DNA from: Candidatus Velesiimonas alkalicola
Lineage (GTDB): Bacteria; Omnitrophota; Gorgyraeia; Velesiimonadales; Velesiimonadaceae
Assembly (NCBI GenBank): GCA_013626165.1
Contig: NDHX01000003.1
Location: 115 to 64,114, forward strand
DNA length: 64,000 nucleotides
Reading direction: 5' to 3'
Within the stretch, counting starts at the first letter, position 1; every line of letters begins with the position of its first letter. A model generated the notes under the pieces. It did no database searches, was not told the DNA's origin, and saw only the letters and a list, made by a program, of their open reading frames with translations. Shown here piece after piece: positions 28,688-38,894 of the stretch. Position numbers and translations under genes: made by a program.

Positions 28688-29533
28688 TTACTTATACCTT
28701 TGCCATTTTACTTTTGTAGTAGAATTAGAATTTTCAACTTTACTATCAGGTTTTTTTGCTAAAATTAAATATTTAAATCCTCGCAAAAAGAAATTAAATT
28801 TTTGGGCCCGATAATGCCAAATTCTAGTATTTGAGCTTTGATTTTTTCTTGTAACACATATTAAATCTACGGGCTCAAATTTTATATTATCAATTAACAT
28901 TTGATAAATTTTTAATCCAACAGGAGTAAATTTTTTCTTTACCCATTGGTCACCAATAAGCCACCCTATTACCTTACCGGGTTTCAAAATTCTGTAAATC
29001 TCCCCGGCAACCTTTTCTAATTCCTCGAAAAATTTTGGACCCTCGGCAGAAATTTTACCAATATCTGCAAGCTCGTTAGAATAATTAACGTTATCGCCAT
29101 AAGGGGAATCTATAAAAACCATATCTACCGAATTATCTTTAAGTGGAATTTTCCGCGAATCATTTTTTACAACTTTGGGGTGCTGCGGGTTTATATCATA
29201 GCCGATTACTTTTCTTCCTTCCTCCTCACAGACATCAATCGTTGTTCCGCTCCCGCACATTGGATCAACTACCAAATCGTCCGGCCTCGTGTATCTTTGT
29301 AGCATATTCCAAATGATAAAAGCAGGTGTAACGCCCTGAAACTTATTATTGCCTTTTGGTTTTTTGCCGTAGCTTTGCCTTGAAAAATCCCAAAGGGTGG
29401 TCGTCTCAAAAGGTGGTTTTTCTTCTTCTATTTTCTTCTTTTTTATTTCTCTCTCGTTCGAACTTTCATTCAGTTTTTGAGATTTTATCTCACCAATTTT
29501 TGTATTCTGTTTTACGGCTATTGTGTTTTGCAT
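28688..29533 (-). CDS. Small orphan N6-adenine/N4-cytosine methyltransferase (motif I DPMCGSGTT, then motif IV IDSPYG)
   Basis: 281 aa. VTPAFIIWNMLQRYTRPDDLVVDPMCGSGTT resembles the PF01555 AdoMet region. DSPY lies ~55 aa downstream. No adjacent restriction gene. An RNA methyltransferase of the RsmD type is not fully excluded. Confidence 0.6.
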   Translation of the reverse strand: MQNTIAVKQNTKIGEIKSQKLNESSNEREIKKKKIEEEKPPFETTTLWDFSRQSYGKKPKGNNKFQGVTPAFIIWNMLQRYTRPDDLVVDPMCGSGTTIDVCEEEGRKVIGYDINPQHPKVVKNDSRKIPLKDNSVDMVFIDSPYGDNVNYSNELADIGKISAEGPKFFEELEKVAGEIYRILKPGKVIGWLIGDQWVKKKFTPVGLKIYQMLIDNIKFEPVDLICVTRKNQSSNTRIWHYRAQKFNFFLRGFKYLILAKKPDSKVENSNSTTKVKWQRYK

Positions 29534-29827
29534 AAAATTTTTTTAATCAACTTGTCCACCTTAACATCCAACACAGATGCAATTTTTGACAGAGTATCAA
29601 TTGTTGGTGGTGCATATAGAAATCGAACCATGCATCCCCGAACTTCCGCAAACAAAGAGGCTTTGCCCCTCTGGTATCACCCCTTGAATACTGGGGAAGC
29701 CTCTTCCCCAGACCCCTTCTATGACGCGGGTATATTCTATTACCTATTTTCTGCACTTCATTCAATATCTTTTATCTTTTTTCCTACCTCCTACCTACTA
29801 TCTCCTATCTCCTATCTCCTATCTTTT

Positions 29828-30178
29828 TGGTGGAGGTGGCGGGAATCGAACCCGCGTCCTGAAAACCCTGGCCAAGGTATCTACATCCGTGTCTATTCTA
29901 TTGTCTTTCGCAGTACAAAACACCGAACAGCAGGTTTCTTATACCACTATGGCTTATTGTTCTTGTTCACAGGTTCAAGCCCGAAACCTGCGAACCAGCC
30001 TGCAAACCGACATCCTTTCAAATCTTACAGGCAGAGATTTGAAGGATGTGACTGCTTAAGCAGCCAATGCTAAGTGTTCGTTAGCGTTTGTTTTTTGTCA
30101 GGTTTTCAACGAGGCCACCTGACAACCTCGGGATGCAACCTTCACCAGCAATTTTTCAGTCGAGCCCTATTCACCCCC
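29828..30178 (-). ncRNA. ssrA: tmRNA (ssrA), tag peptide ANEHLALAA
   Basis: 5' end GGGGGTGAATAGGGCTCGAC. 3' end GGACGCGGGTTCGATTCCCGCCACCTCCACCA. Internal reading frame GCT AAC GAA CAC TTA GCA TTG GCT GCT TAA. ~351 nt. smpB adjacent. Confidence 0.85.
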
Positions 30179-30294
30179 AATCTTTAAATCTGTATAATTT
30201 TGAACTTAAAAATCCGAATTTTAATTGAATTTTAAAAACATTCAAAATTGGAAATTAAAAACTCATCCCCTACCTACTATCTACTATCTCCTAT

Positions 30295-30834
30295 CTACTG
30301 TCTTTTTGCCTCTCTTGTTTCTCTTTCTATCTGACGTTTTTTAATTTTTTCTCTTTTGTCAAAGATACGTTTTCCCTTGCATAATGCAATCTCAATTTTT
30401 GTAAATCCTTTTTTAAAATACACCTTTAAAGGGACAAGTGTACAACCTTTCTGCGTAAGATATCCGATAATTTTTTTAACCTCGTAATTATGTAAAAGGA
30501 GCCTCCTGGGCCTTTTGGGGTCAATCTTCTCAAGTGCACCAGATGTATAGGGTGCTATATGCATATTAAAAAGCACAATACCTGATGAATCAGCCCTTGC
30601 ATATGCATCGCTTATTTCAACATCACCCTGCCTTATTGATTTTACCTCGCTTCCTTTTAATGATATTCCCGCTTCCCATTTCTGGAGTATCAGATAAGTA
30701 TAATATGCCTTCTTGTTGGTTGCAACTGCTCTTTCTTCCACTTGTGTATAATACCATAAAAAATAATGTTCTACAAGATTCCAGCCTGTCCTTGCTAATC
30801 TGTGGCAAGGCAGGCTCGTAAAACTTGGAAGCAA
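30295..30834 (-). CDS. smpB: SsrA-binding protein SmpB (true start probably downstream of the first ATG)
   Basis: NKKAYYTYLILQKWEAGISLKGSEVKSIRQG... The ORF-track N-terminus looks like an extension. Confidence 0.8.
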   Translation of the reverse strand: MLPSFTSLPCHRLARTGWNLVEHYFLWYYTQVEERAVATNKKAYYTYLILQKWEAGISLKGSEVKSIRQGDVEISDAYARADSSGIVLFNMHIAPYTSGALEKIDPKRPRRLLLHNYEVKKIIGYLTQKGCTLVPLKVYFKKGFTKIEIALCKGKRIFDKREKIKKRQIERETREAKRQ

Positions 30835-30886
30835 CTGGTGCCCTGGTGCTTCATCCCTTCCTTAACAATGTCTTTAATCTTTTAAC

Positions 30887-32248
30887 TTAAACTTTTATAG
30901 GAATCCGTTCAACAGGACGAACCTCAGGTAATTGCTTATCCCCGGATGCTCCCAATTCCTTGAATTTTCTAACACTGACCATAATCCTGTGTTCAAGCGA
31001 CATAATCATCTTGTTAAACGATTCTGTTGCCTCAGATAGACATGTTCCTGTCCTATTCACATGCTGTAAAAATGGTTCAAACCTATCGTATATTTCTTTA
31101 CCGAGAGTTGCAATCTCCTCAGCATGTTTTGAGATTTGCTCCTGTCTCCATCCAAATGCAACGGCACGAAGCAGTGCTATAAGAGTTGTGGGTGTAGCAA
31201 TAATAACCTTGTTTTCCATGCCATCTTCAATCAATGTGTGGTCAACAGCAAGAGCGGCGCTTAAAAAAGATTCGCCCGGAATAAACATAATAATAAATTC
31301 CGGTGTTTTATTGAATTGCTCCCAATATTTTTTGTTAGTTAAAGTCTTCATATGATTTCTTACCTGACGAGAGTGCTTTTCTATAAGCAACTGCCTTTGT
31401 CCTTCATCAGCCACTGCTGTAGCATCAATAAATGCATCTAAAGAAACTTTGCTATCAATAACAATCTCTCTGCCTCCCGGCAAATACACCACCATGTCGG
31501 GACGCAACCTCCCATCTTCGGTAGCAATAGACACCTGTTCTATGAAATCACAGTGTTCTGACATACCTGATAGTTCTACAACCCGTTTTAAGGTTACCTC
31601 GCCCCATCTACCCCTAATTTCAGGCTTGCGAAGCGCAGTAACAAGATTCCCGGTTTCTTTCTGTAATTGCTGGTTTGTTAAAACTAATGTCTTGATTTGA
31701 TTTTCAAGACTTCCATAATCCGACGCACGCCTTTTTTCCAATGCGTCTACCTGTTGTTCATACCTTTTTAATGCATCACTTAGCGAGCCAACTATATTTT
31801 TGACGGATTCTTCTTTCTCACCCAATTCGCCTCTGGCTCTGATAAGGACAGTCTCTAATGTCTCTTTTGCAAGTTCAATAAACGCTTTACTGTTGCTTTT
31901 TAAAGACTCTCCCGATAATGCCTGGAATGTTGTTGTTAATTTCTCTTCGGCTTTTTGAAGTAGTTTTTTCTGCTCTTCAATATTCTTAAATGCTTCTTCA
32001 CACCGCACTTGGGCAGATATTTTAGCCTGCTGTAAACTTAAAATTTCCTGTCGTGCCTTTTCAATTGTTTCATCCTTAAATCCTACCTGTTGCCGTATTT
32101 CGTCGGTCAATTTTTCAGAACCTTGAATCTGCGTCTGCAAGCGGATAATAATTTTATCTTTATTACGGTTTTTTCTTGATGCAATAACAATGCCTACTAT
32201 TAAGCCCACGCCCATTGAAATGACTATATAATAAAGAATAGCAATCAT
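30887..32248 (-). CDS. rmuC: DNA recombination protein RmuC
   Basis: 453 aa. N-terminal TM, coiled-coil, RmuC C-terminal domain. Confidence 0.8.
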   Translation of the reverse strand: MIAILYYIVISMGVGLIVGIVIASRKNRNKDKIIIRLQTQIQGSEKLTDEIRQQVGFKDETIEKARQEILSLQQAKISAQVRCEEAFKNIEEQKKLLQKAEEKLTTTFQALSGESLKSNSKAFIELAKETLETVLIRARGELGEKEESVKNIVGSLSDALKRYEQQVDALEKRRASDYGSLENQIKTLVLTNQQLQKETGNLVTALRKPEIRGRWGEVTLKRVVELSGMSEHCDFIEQVSIATEDGRLRPDMVVYLPGGREIVIDSKVSLDAFIDATAVADEGQRQLLIEKHSRQVRNHMKTLTNKKYWEQFNKTPEFIIMFIPGESFLSAALAVDHTLIEDGMENKVIIATPTTLIALLRAVAFGWRQEQISKHAEEIATLGKEIYDRFEPFLQHVNRTGTCLSEATESFNKMIMSLEHRIMVSVRKFKELGASGDKQLPEVRPVERIPIKV

Positions 32249-32440
32249 AGTATCTATTATAAATACTTTCTAATATTAAAACAATAAAAAATTTATTTTT
32301 ACATGGAGAAACGGGAAGGAACACATCCCTGCCCCGATCCCTGTTTGCACAAGGGCAAGTTTATCGAGGAAGAAGAAAAATGGAGAAAAATGGGGTCAAC
32401 TCTATTTTTCTTTAACAATTTGTGCTATGATAAACCAACT

Positions 32441-33139
32441 ATGCCAAGATCCTTACGAATTACTCTTCCAAATCTGCCTTTCCATGTCCTTGACCGGGGG
32501 AACAATCGTCAAGTAGTTTTCCGAGACGAGCAAAATTTTATTTATTTCCTTAAATTATTGAAAAGATATAAAAAGGAGTTGAAATTCAAGCTCTACCACT
32601 TTTGCCTGATGCCAAACCATATCCATTTAGTGATTGAGCCGACAATTGATGGCAGCCTACCTAAGATTATGATGAGACTTACCCTGGCTTACTCTTCGTA
32701 TTTCAATAAAAAGTATGGTGGAGTAGGTCATGTCTGGCAGGGGAGATATAAAAGTTCTTTAATAGATAGAGAAGAATATTTTATCTGGTGTGGATTATAT
32801 GTAGAGTTAAATCCAGTAAGAGCAGGACTGGTAGTTCGGTCAGAAGATTGGCGATGGTCAAGTTATAATTTCTATGCCTTTGGGCCAGGCGATCCCTTAA
32901 TAGAAGGATTAATTGATGTCGATTCTTATTATTTAAAATTAGGAGAGACTTCAGAAGAACGTCAAAAAAGATACCGCCAGAACGTAGAGGAAGTAATAAA
33001 AGAAAAATTTTTGCAAGATATTCGAAAGAAATTAGATGAAGGAGTTTTTGGAAGTTTAGAATTTATTAAAGCAATGAAAGAGAAATTTAAAATTAAATCG
33101 TTAATGGGTAGAGGAAGACCAAGGAGGGAGGAAAAATAG
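32441..33139 (+). mobile_element. REP-associated tyrosine transposase (RAYT; IS200/IS605 Y1 HUH transposase family), single copy, plus strand
   Basis: MPRSLRITLPNLPFHVLDRGNNRQVVF...LYHFCLMPNHIHLVIEP (HuH)...GHVWQGRYKS (catalytic Y). The ORF track starts at 32303, but the internal ATG at 32441 matches the family N-terminus. Confidence 0.75.
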
Positions 33140-33166
33140 AGTTGACCCCATTTTCCCCTGACATAT

Positions 33167-34453
33167 CTATTTCCCTGTTGAAACTATTGTCTGCCCTCTT
33201 TCAGGACCAACGGTAATTATTGCAATCGGAGTTTTAACAAGTTCTGAAAGTCTTCGCAGGTACTTTCTTGCATTCAGAGGAAGTTCGTCATATGATGTGA
33301 TATGGGTGGTGTCCTCCTGCCATCCGGAATGGTCCTCATAGAGAGGCTGGCAATTTTGTAGTATCTCTATATCAGAAGGATATTCTTCATAAACCTTTCC
33401 ATTATACATGTAACCTGTGCATATCCTTATATTTTCCTGTGTATCAAGAACATCAAGTTTTGTAATTGCAATACTATCAAGACCGTTTACCAGTGCAGAG
33501 TATCGGACAATTACTGCATCAAACCATCCGCATCTTCTTGGGCGACCTGTCGTTGCCCCGAATTCTTTTCCTCTTGACCTTACCTTTGCCATCATATCTT
33601 CCGTAAATTCTGTCGGAAAAGGTCCTTCTCCAACTCTTGTTGTATACGCCTTTGCAACCCCTATGACTTTGTCTATCTTTGTCGGACCTATTCCGCTACC
33701 TGTACAGGCTCCTCCGGCAGATGAATTTGACGATGTTACAAAGGGGTATGTTCCAAAATCTATATCAAGAAATGTTCCCTGTGCGCCTTCAAACAGTATA
33801 TTTTTCCCATTTGCTACCGCCTCTGACAAAAGATATGTTACATCACAAAGATATTTCTTGATTTTTCTCCCATATGTAAGATATTTCTCAAATATTTCTT
33901 CAAATTTTAACAGCGGTTCATTATATATTTTTTGTAACACCTGATTTTTCTCATTTATATTAAATTTAAGTTTTTGATAGAGCACTCCCTCATTAACAAT
34001 ATCAATCGCTCTTATTCCGCATCTTGCTATTTTATCCGTGTAACACGGACCGATTCCTCTTCCTGTTGTTCCGATTTTTTCTCTGCCTGAGTATTTTTCT
34101 TTTACATGGTCAAGAATTTTATGGTATGGGAATATGATGTGGGACTGATAGCTTATCTTAATATTACTGTCAACATCAATCCCTCTTTTCGTTAACATTT
34201 CCATTTCTGAAAAAAGTGCTTCCGGATCAATTACAACACCGTTTCCGATCACACACTGTTTTCCCTTGTGTAACACACCAGATGGGATAAGGTGAAGAAT
34301 AAACTCCTGGTCATCTATAATTACCGTATGCCCTGCATTGTTTCCACCCTGATACCTTACAATACAGTCCATGTCCCTTGCAAGGATATCAATAATTTTA
34401 CCCTTCCCTTCATCACCCCACTGTGAACCAACAACTACCCAGACTTTTCCCAT
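33167..34453 (-). CDS. purA: Adenylosuccinate synthetase
   Basis: 428 aa. MGKVWVVVGSQWGDEGKGKIID. Confidence 0.9.
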   Translation of the reverse strand: MGKVWVVVGSQWGDEGKGKIIDILARDMDCIVRYQGGNNAGHTVIIDDQEFILHLIPSGVLHKGKQCVIGNGVVIDPEALFSEMEMLTKRGIDVDSNIKISYQSHIIFPYHKILDHVKEKYSGREKIGTTGRGIGPCYTDKIARCGIRAIDIVNEGVLYQKLKFNINEKNQVLQKIYNEPLLKFEEIFEKYLTYGRKIKKYLCDVTYLLSEAVANGKNILFEGAQGTFLDIDFGTYPFVTSSNSSAGGACTGSGIGPTKIDKVIGVAKAYTTRVGEGPFPTEFTEDMMAKVRSRGKEFGATTGRPRRCGWFDAVIVRYSALVNGLDSIAITKLDVLDTQENIRICTGYMYNGKVYEEYPSDIEILQNCQPLYEDHSGWQEDTTHITSYDELPLNARKYLRRLSELVKTPIAIITVGPERGQTIVSTGK

Positions 34454-34457
34454 TAAA

Positions 34458-35387
34458 CTATTTACCCTCCAATTCTTTCACTTTCTTCTCTGCAAACTTT
34501 GTCCACTCATCAAAAGGATCGCCCATTTTTGCTCTTATTCTCCAGTGTTCCAGTGCTTTTTCCCTATCACCTTTTAATTCATAGAGTTTGCCTAAACTTG
34601 AGTGAACCTTGAAATTTCCAGAATCAATCTCAAGTGCTTTGAAAAATTCCTTCTCTGCCTCATCATACTTTCCTTTATCAGACAACACTGTTCCAAGGTC
34701 ATGATAAGCAGTTGCAAAAATCGGGTCTAAATGGATCGCCTTTCTATAATATTCCTCTGCCTTACCGAGATTTTTTCTCCTCTGATATGTAAGTCCTCTG
34801 TTTCTGGCCCTTAATGCCTCCCGTTTCTTTCTTTCCTGTTCTCTTTGTGCAACTGCTTCCTGTCTTTTTCTTTGTCTTTCCTGTTCTTCTTGTATCTTTC
34901 TTTGCTCTTCAGCCTCCCGTCTTGCAAGTCTTTCAAGCCTTTCGGTTTCTTTTTTCTCTATTTCTTCTTCAGGTTTAACCGCTACTACAATTGGCGGCTT
35001 TTGTTTCCTTATACTTACTACTTTAATATTATCCTGTCTTCTAAAGTCAAAAGGCACAGACTCTTGTAAATCTACCACAAAAAAATCTAACTTTCCTCCG
35101 GCACCGATAACCCTTCTAATTTGCTTTACCATCCCTTTTTCAATAAAGAAAGAACCGATCCCATCTAAAATTGTAACATCTCCAATAGGGTCAATGACAA
35201 TGCGGGCTGGATTTTCAAGTTCATAGCAAATAACAGGTACAGGGGCATCAAAGGTAACTTTAATAAAAACATAATTTTTTGTTTCACTTAAACCAACATC
35301 TATTACACCTGCATTTTGCGAAAAAGATGTCCAACAAAATAAAAAAATAAACGCCACTGTCTTGTATATTTTCATGCCACCCCCCAT
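34458..35387 (-). CDS. Tetratricopeptide-repeat protein with signal peptide and charged coiled-coil
   Basis: 309 aa. C-terminal TPRs (AEEYYRKAIHLDP...). Family-level only. Confidence 0.55.
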   Translation of the reverse strand: MGGGMKIYKTVAFIFLFCWTSFSQNAGVIDVGLSETKNYVFIKVTFDAPVPVICYELENPARIVIDPIGDVTILDGIGSFFIEKGMVKQIRRVIGAGGKLDFFVVDLQESVPFDFRRQDNIKVVSIRKQKPPIVVAVKPEEEIEKKETERLERLARREAEEQRKIQEEQERQRKRQEAVAQREQERKKREALRARNRGLTYQRRKNLGKAEEYYRKAIHLDPIFATAYHDLGTVLSDKGKYDEAEKEFFKALEIDSGNFKVHSSLGKLYELKGDREKALEHWRIRAKMGDPFDEWTKFAEKKVKELEGK

Positions 35388-35423
35388 GTTTGATTATTGA
35401 CAATAAGAATTAAACAAGTATTT

Positions 35424-35524
35424 CATTCCCCTTTGAGTAAAGGGGTGTCCCGACTTTGTCGGGACAGGGTATTTCCCTTTTGTAGGGTTGTGTCTTGTGA
35501 ATACCCCGTCAGGCTTCGCTCGCC
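35424..35524. repeat. Intergenic cluster of family A REP-like elements (between the TPR gene and ilvE)
   Basis: cattcccctttgagtaaaggggtgtcccgactttgtcgggacagggta ... ataccccgtcaggcttcgctcgcc. The ORF-track 69-aa ORF 35423..35632 is just its translation. Confidence 0.7.
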
Positions 35525-35610
35525 TTCCTCTTCATATTCAAGCCTCTTCGGTCTTATGGAAGGGAAATAAGCGGACAGAAACGCACAAATAGTATACCAT
35601 ATTAGGCTTT

Positions 35611-36531
35611 TTATTCCACATATGTTAGCCAATTATGTTTATCTTCAACATTGCCCCCTACATAGTCAAGGTATGCTGCCTGAACTTTTTCTGTAATAGA
35701 TCCTTTTATACTGCTTTTTATATTGATATTATCTATGCTTGAAACAGGTGTAACCTCTACTGCTGTTCCGGTAAAGAAAACCTCATCTGCAATATACAGT
35801 GCCTCTCTCGGTATCATATGCTGTTCTATTCTTATTCCTAATTCTCTTGCAAGTATAAAAACAGTATGTCTTGTTATACCAGCAAGTATGGATGAACTTG
35901 TAGGAGGTGTAAAAATAACACCTGATTTTACAATAAATATATTCCCTCCCGATGCTTCAGACACATAACCCTGCGTATCCAGCGCTATTCCTTCATCAAA
36001 TCCATATCTTAGTGCTTCCATTTTTATAAGTTGTGAATTCAAATAATTGCCACCAGCCTTTGCAAGAGACGGAAATGTGTCAGGTGCCGCTCTTCTCCAT
36101 GAGGATACGCATACACTTACTCCTTTTTGTGTTGCTTCTTCTCCAAAATATGCACCCCATTCCCAGCAGGCAATAGCACACACAAGAGGATTATTCAAAG
36201 GATTGACACCCATCGCTCCATATCCTCTGAATACAACAGGCCTTATATAACATTCTTTAAATCCATTTATCTTTACAGTATCAACAATAATTGTGCAGAA
36301 CTGTTTCTTTGTGTACGGAATTTCCATCCTGTATATCTTTGCAGAGTCATAGAGTCTGTCTATATGTGATTTAAGCCTGAATATGGCAGGCCCTTTTTGT
36401 GTTTTATAACACCTGCAACCTTCAAATACGGAAGAGCCATAATGTATAGCATGTGTAAGTATATGAACATTTGCATCTTTCCAGTTAATAAACCTACCAT
36501 CTACCCAGATTTTACTGTTTTCTTTTTCCAT
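35611..36531 (-). CDS. ilvE: Branched-chain amino acid aminotransferase
   Basis: Start set at MEKENSKIWVDGRF, with AGGAGGAG 3-4 nt upstream. The ORF track extends to 36600. PLP fold IV. Confidence 0.8.
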   Translation of the reverse strand: MEKENSKIWVDGRFINWKDANVHILTHAIHYGSSVFEGCRCYKTQKGPAIFRLKSHIDRLYDSAKIYRMEIPYTKKQFCTIIVDTVKINGFKECYIRPVVFRGYGAMGVNPLNNPLVCAIACWEWGAYFGEEATQKGVSVCVSSWRRAAPDTFPSLAKAGGNYLNSQLIKMEALRYGFDEGIALDTQGYVSEASGGNIFIVKSGVIFTPPTSSSILAGITRHTVFILARELGIRIEQHMIPREALYIADEVFFTGTAVEVTPVSSIDNINIKSSIKGSITEKVQAAYLDYVGGNVEDKHNWLTYVE

Positions 36532-36651
36532 GTCTCCTCCTAAAAACATAGTATATAGGAATTGGTAGGTAGGAGATAGGGGAAAATATAATCCACCCAA
36601 CCCTCCTTTATAAAAGGAGGGTTATTTTTCCTACCTACTACCTACTATCTA

Positions 36652-37845
36652 CTATCTACTATCTACTGCCTCCTGTTTTTTAAATACCTGTTCAACATCT
36701 TTATCTCCTCTGCCTGACAGGCAGATAATAATTATTTTATCTTTCAAGGCTCTGGCATTTTTTCTAACATATGCAACAGCATGTGCAGGTTCAAGGGCAG
36801 GTATGATGCCCTCTACTTCTGAAAGGAAATGGAATCCGCTGAGTGCTTCTGCATCTGTGATTGTAAAATATTTTGCTCTTCCCGTTTGTTTTAGATATGA
36901 ATGTTCAGGACCAACACCGGGATAATCAAGCCCGGCAGATATTGAATGTGCAATGCTTATCTGACCATTTTTATCCTGTAGAATATAACTCTTGCTACCG
37001 TGGAGTATTCCTATTTTTCCATAACAAAGTGTTGCAGCATGCCTGCCTGTTTTTATGCCAAAACCTGCTGCTTCAACACCTATAAGTTTAACATTTTTAT
37101 CTTTTATAAACGGATAAAAGAGCCCCATTGAATTTGAACCGCCGCCAACACAGGCAATCAAACAATCAGGAAGTTTTCCTTCACATTTTAATATCTGTTT
37201 TTTTGCCTCTTTTCCAATAACAGATTGAAAATCTCTTACCATCATTGGAAAAGGATGTGGACCTGCAACAGAACCTATCACATAATGTGTGTTTCTTACA
37301 TTGGTTACCCAATCCCTCATAGCCTCGTTCATTGCATCTTTTAGTGTCTTTGAACCCATATATACGGGATTTACCTTTGCACCAAGAAGCTGCATCCTGA
37401 ACACATTCAACCTCTGTCTTTCAATGTCCTCTTCCCCCATATATATCTCACACTTAAGACCAAATAAAGAAGAGGCTGTGGCAGTTGCAACTCCATGCTG
37501 GCCGGCGCCGGTTTCTGCAATGATCCTTTGCTTTCCTATTTTTTTTGCAAGTAAAATTTGACCCAGAGTATTATTTATCTTATGAGCACCCATATGGCAC
37601 AAATCTTCTCTTTTAAGATATATCTTTGGCCCTCTTAAAACATGAGAAAGATGTTTTGCATAATAAAGCGGTGTGGGTCTTCCGGCATAATTTTCCAGAT
37701 ACCACTTCAGTTCTTTCTGAAATTCAGTGTCTTTCTTTGCCTTTGTGTATGCTGTTTCAAGTTCATCAAGAGCAAACATCAATGTCTCAGGAACAAACCT
37801 GCCGCCGAACTGACCAAAATGTCCTTTTTTATCCGGTAATTTCAT
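36652..37845 (-). CDS. trpB: Tryptophan synthase beta chain
   Basis: 397 aa. [33 protein letters not shown]. Confidence 0.85.
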   Translation of the reverse strand: MKLPDKKGHFGQFGGRFVPETLMFALDELETAYTKAKKDTEFQKELKWYLENYAGRPTPLYYAKHLSHVLRGPKIYLKREDLCHMGAHKINNTLGQILLAKKIGKQRIIAETGAGQHGVATATASSLFGLKCEIYMGEEDIERQRLNVFRMQLLGAKVNPVYMGSKTLKDAMNEAMRDWVTNVRNTHYVIGSVAGPHPFPMMVRDFQSVIGKEAKKQILKCEGKLPDCLIACVGGGSNSMGLFYPFIKDKNVKLIGVEAAGFGIKTGRHAATLCYGKIGILHGSKSYILQDKNGQISIAHSISAGLDYPGVGPEHSYLKQTGRAKYFTITDAEALSGFHFLSEVEGIIPALEPAHAVAYVRKNARALKDKIIIICLSGRGDKDVEQVFKKQEAVDSR

Positions 37846-37884
37846 ATTTTTATTTATTAAAAGCCTGTGAGGAACGGACTTTTT

Positions 37885-38892
37885 TTAAGTATCCTGCTTG
37901 ACTGCCATTTTTTTCATTACTTCTACAATATGCTTGTTCACATTTTGATAAGCATATTCTTTTGCAACCCTGATGGCATTGAATATTGCCTTTGGACTTG
38001 ACCTGCCATGGCTTATGATGCAACATCCATCTATTCCCAGAAGAGGTGCTCCTCCATATTCTGAATAGTCAACTTCTTTTTTAAGTGCAGCAAGGGCGGA
38101 TCTACTTAACAATGCGCCCATTGTTGTCATTATCCCCTTTCTCATATGTCTTCTAAGAAGTATTTCTATTGCCTCAGCAAGGCTTTCAGATATTTTCAGC
38201 ACAACATTCCCCACAAACCCATCACAAATAATACATTCATAATTCCCGGAAAATATGTCCCTTCCCTCAACATTGCCAGAAAAATTAAGTTCGCTGTTTT
38301 CAAGAAGTTTATATGTATCTTTTATAAATGTAGTTCCCTTGCATTCTTCCTCACCCACATTCAGAAGCCCTATCCTTGGACTGTTTATTTTTAGTATTTC
38401 TTTCAGGTATAAATCCCCCATTATTCCATACTGCAATAAATGTGTAGGTTTTGGAACAATGTTTGCACCAGCATCAATAAGCATACACGGACCCTGCAGG
38501 GTTGGAAGAATTATTGCAATGCCGGGCCTTTCAATCCCTTCTAACATCCTTAATCCTAATGTTGCAGAACAAACAACAGCCCCTGTATTGCCAGCAGAGA
38601 TTATGGCATCCACCATATTTTTTTTTGCAAGTTGAACCATCACATTTATTGAAGAATCTCTTTTTTTTCTCACGCTCATTGCCGCCGGTTCATGCATTTC
38701 TATTATCTCTGTTGCATTACAGACCTCTACTTTTTTAAGGTCATAACGATGTCTTGAAAGTTCTTTATTAATAGGCTTCTCATTCCCGACAAGAACAACT
38801 TTTATATCCATCTTCTGGGTTGCAAGAACAGCCCCCTCAACCATTGCATAGGGAGCCTTATCTCCCCCCATTGTATCAAGTGCAATCCTCAT
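37885..38892 (-). CDS. plsX: Phosphate acyltransferase PlsX (start at the internal MRIALDTMGGD)
   Basis: The ORF-track N-terminal extension overlaps rpmF. The conserved PlsX N-terminus begins at the internal Met. Confidence 0.8.
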   Translation of the reverse strand: MRIALDTMGGDKAPYAMVEGAVLATQKMDIKVVLVGNEKPINKELSRHRYDLKKVEVCNATEIIEMHEPAAMSVRKKRDSSINVMVQLAKKNMVDAIISAGNTGAVVCSATLGLRMLEGIERPGIAIILPTLQGPCMLIDAGANIVPKPTHLLQYGIMGDLYLKEILKINSPRIGLLNVGEEECKGTTFIKDTYKLLENSELNFSGNVEGRDIFSGNYECIICDGFVGNVVLKISESLAEAIEILLRRHMRKGIMTTMGALLSRSALAALKKEVDYSEYGGAPLLGIDGCCIISHGRSSPKAIFNAIRVAKEYAYQNVNKHIVEVMKKMAVKQDT

Positions 38893-38894
38893 AA

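Noticed and set aside
29606-29690. tRNA-like sequence with T-arm (GGTTCGATT) and terminal CCA downstream of ssrA
   Set aside because: No acceptor-stem pairing is possible in any register, and the T-loop would be 14 nt. Treated as a degenerate fragment or attachment-site remnant, not a tRNA gene.
35423-35632. 69-aa minus-strand ORF between the TPR gene and ilvE
   Set aside because: It is the translation of the family A REP cluster and ends inside the ilvE 5' extension. There is no RBS or start context.
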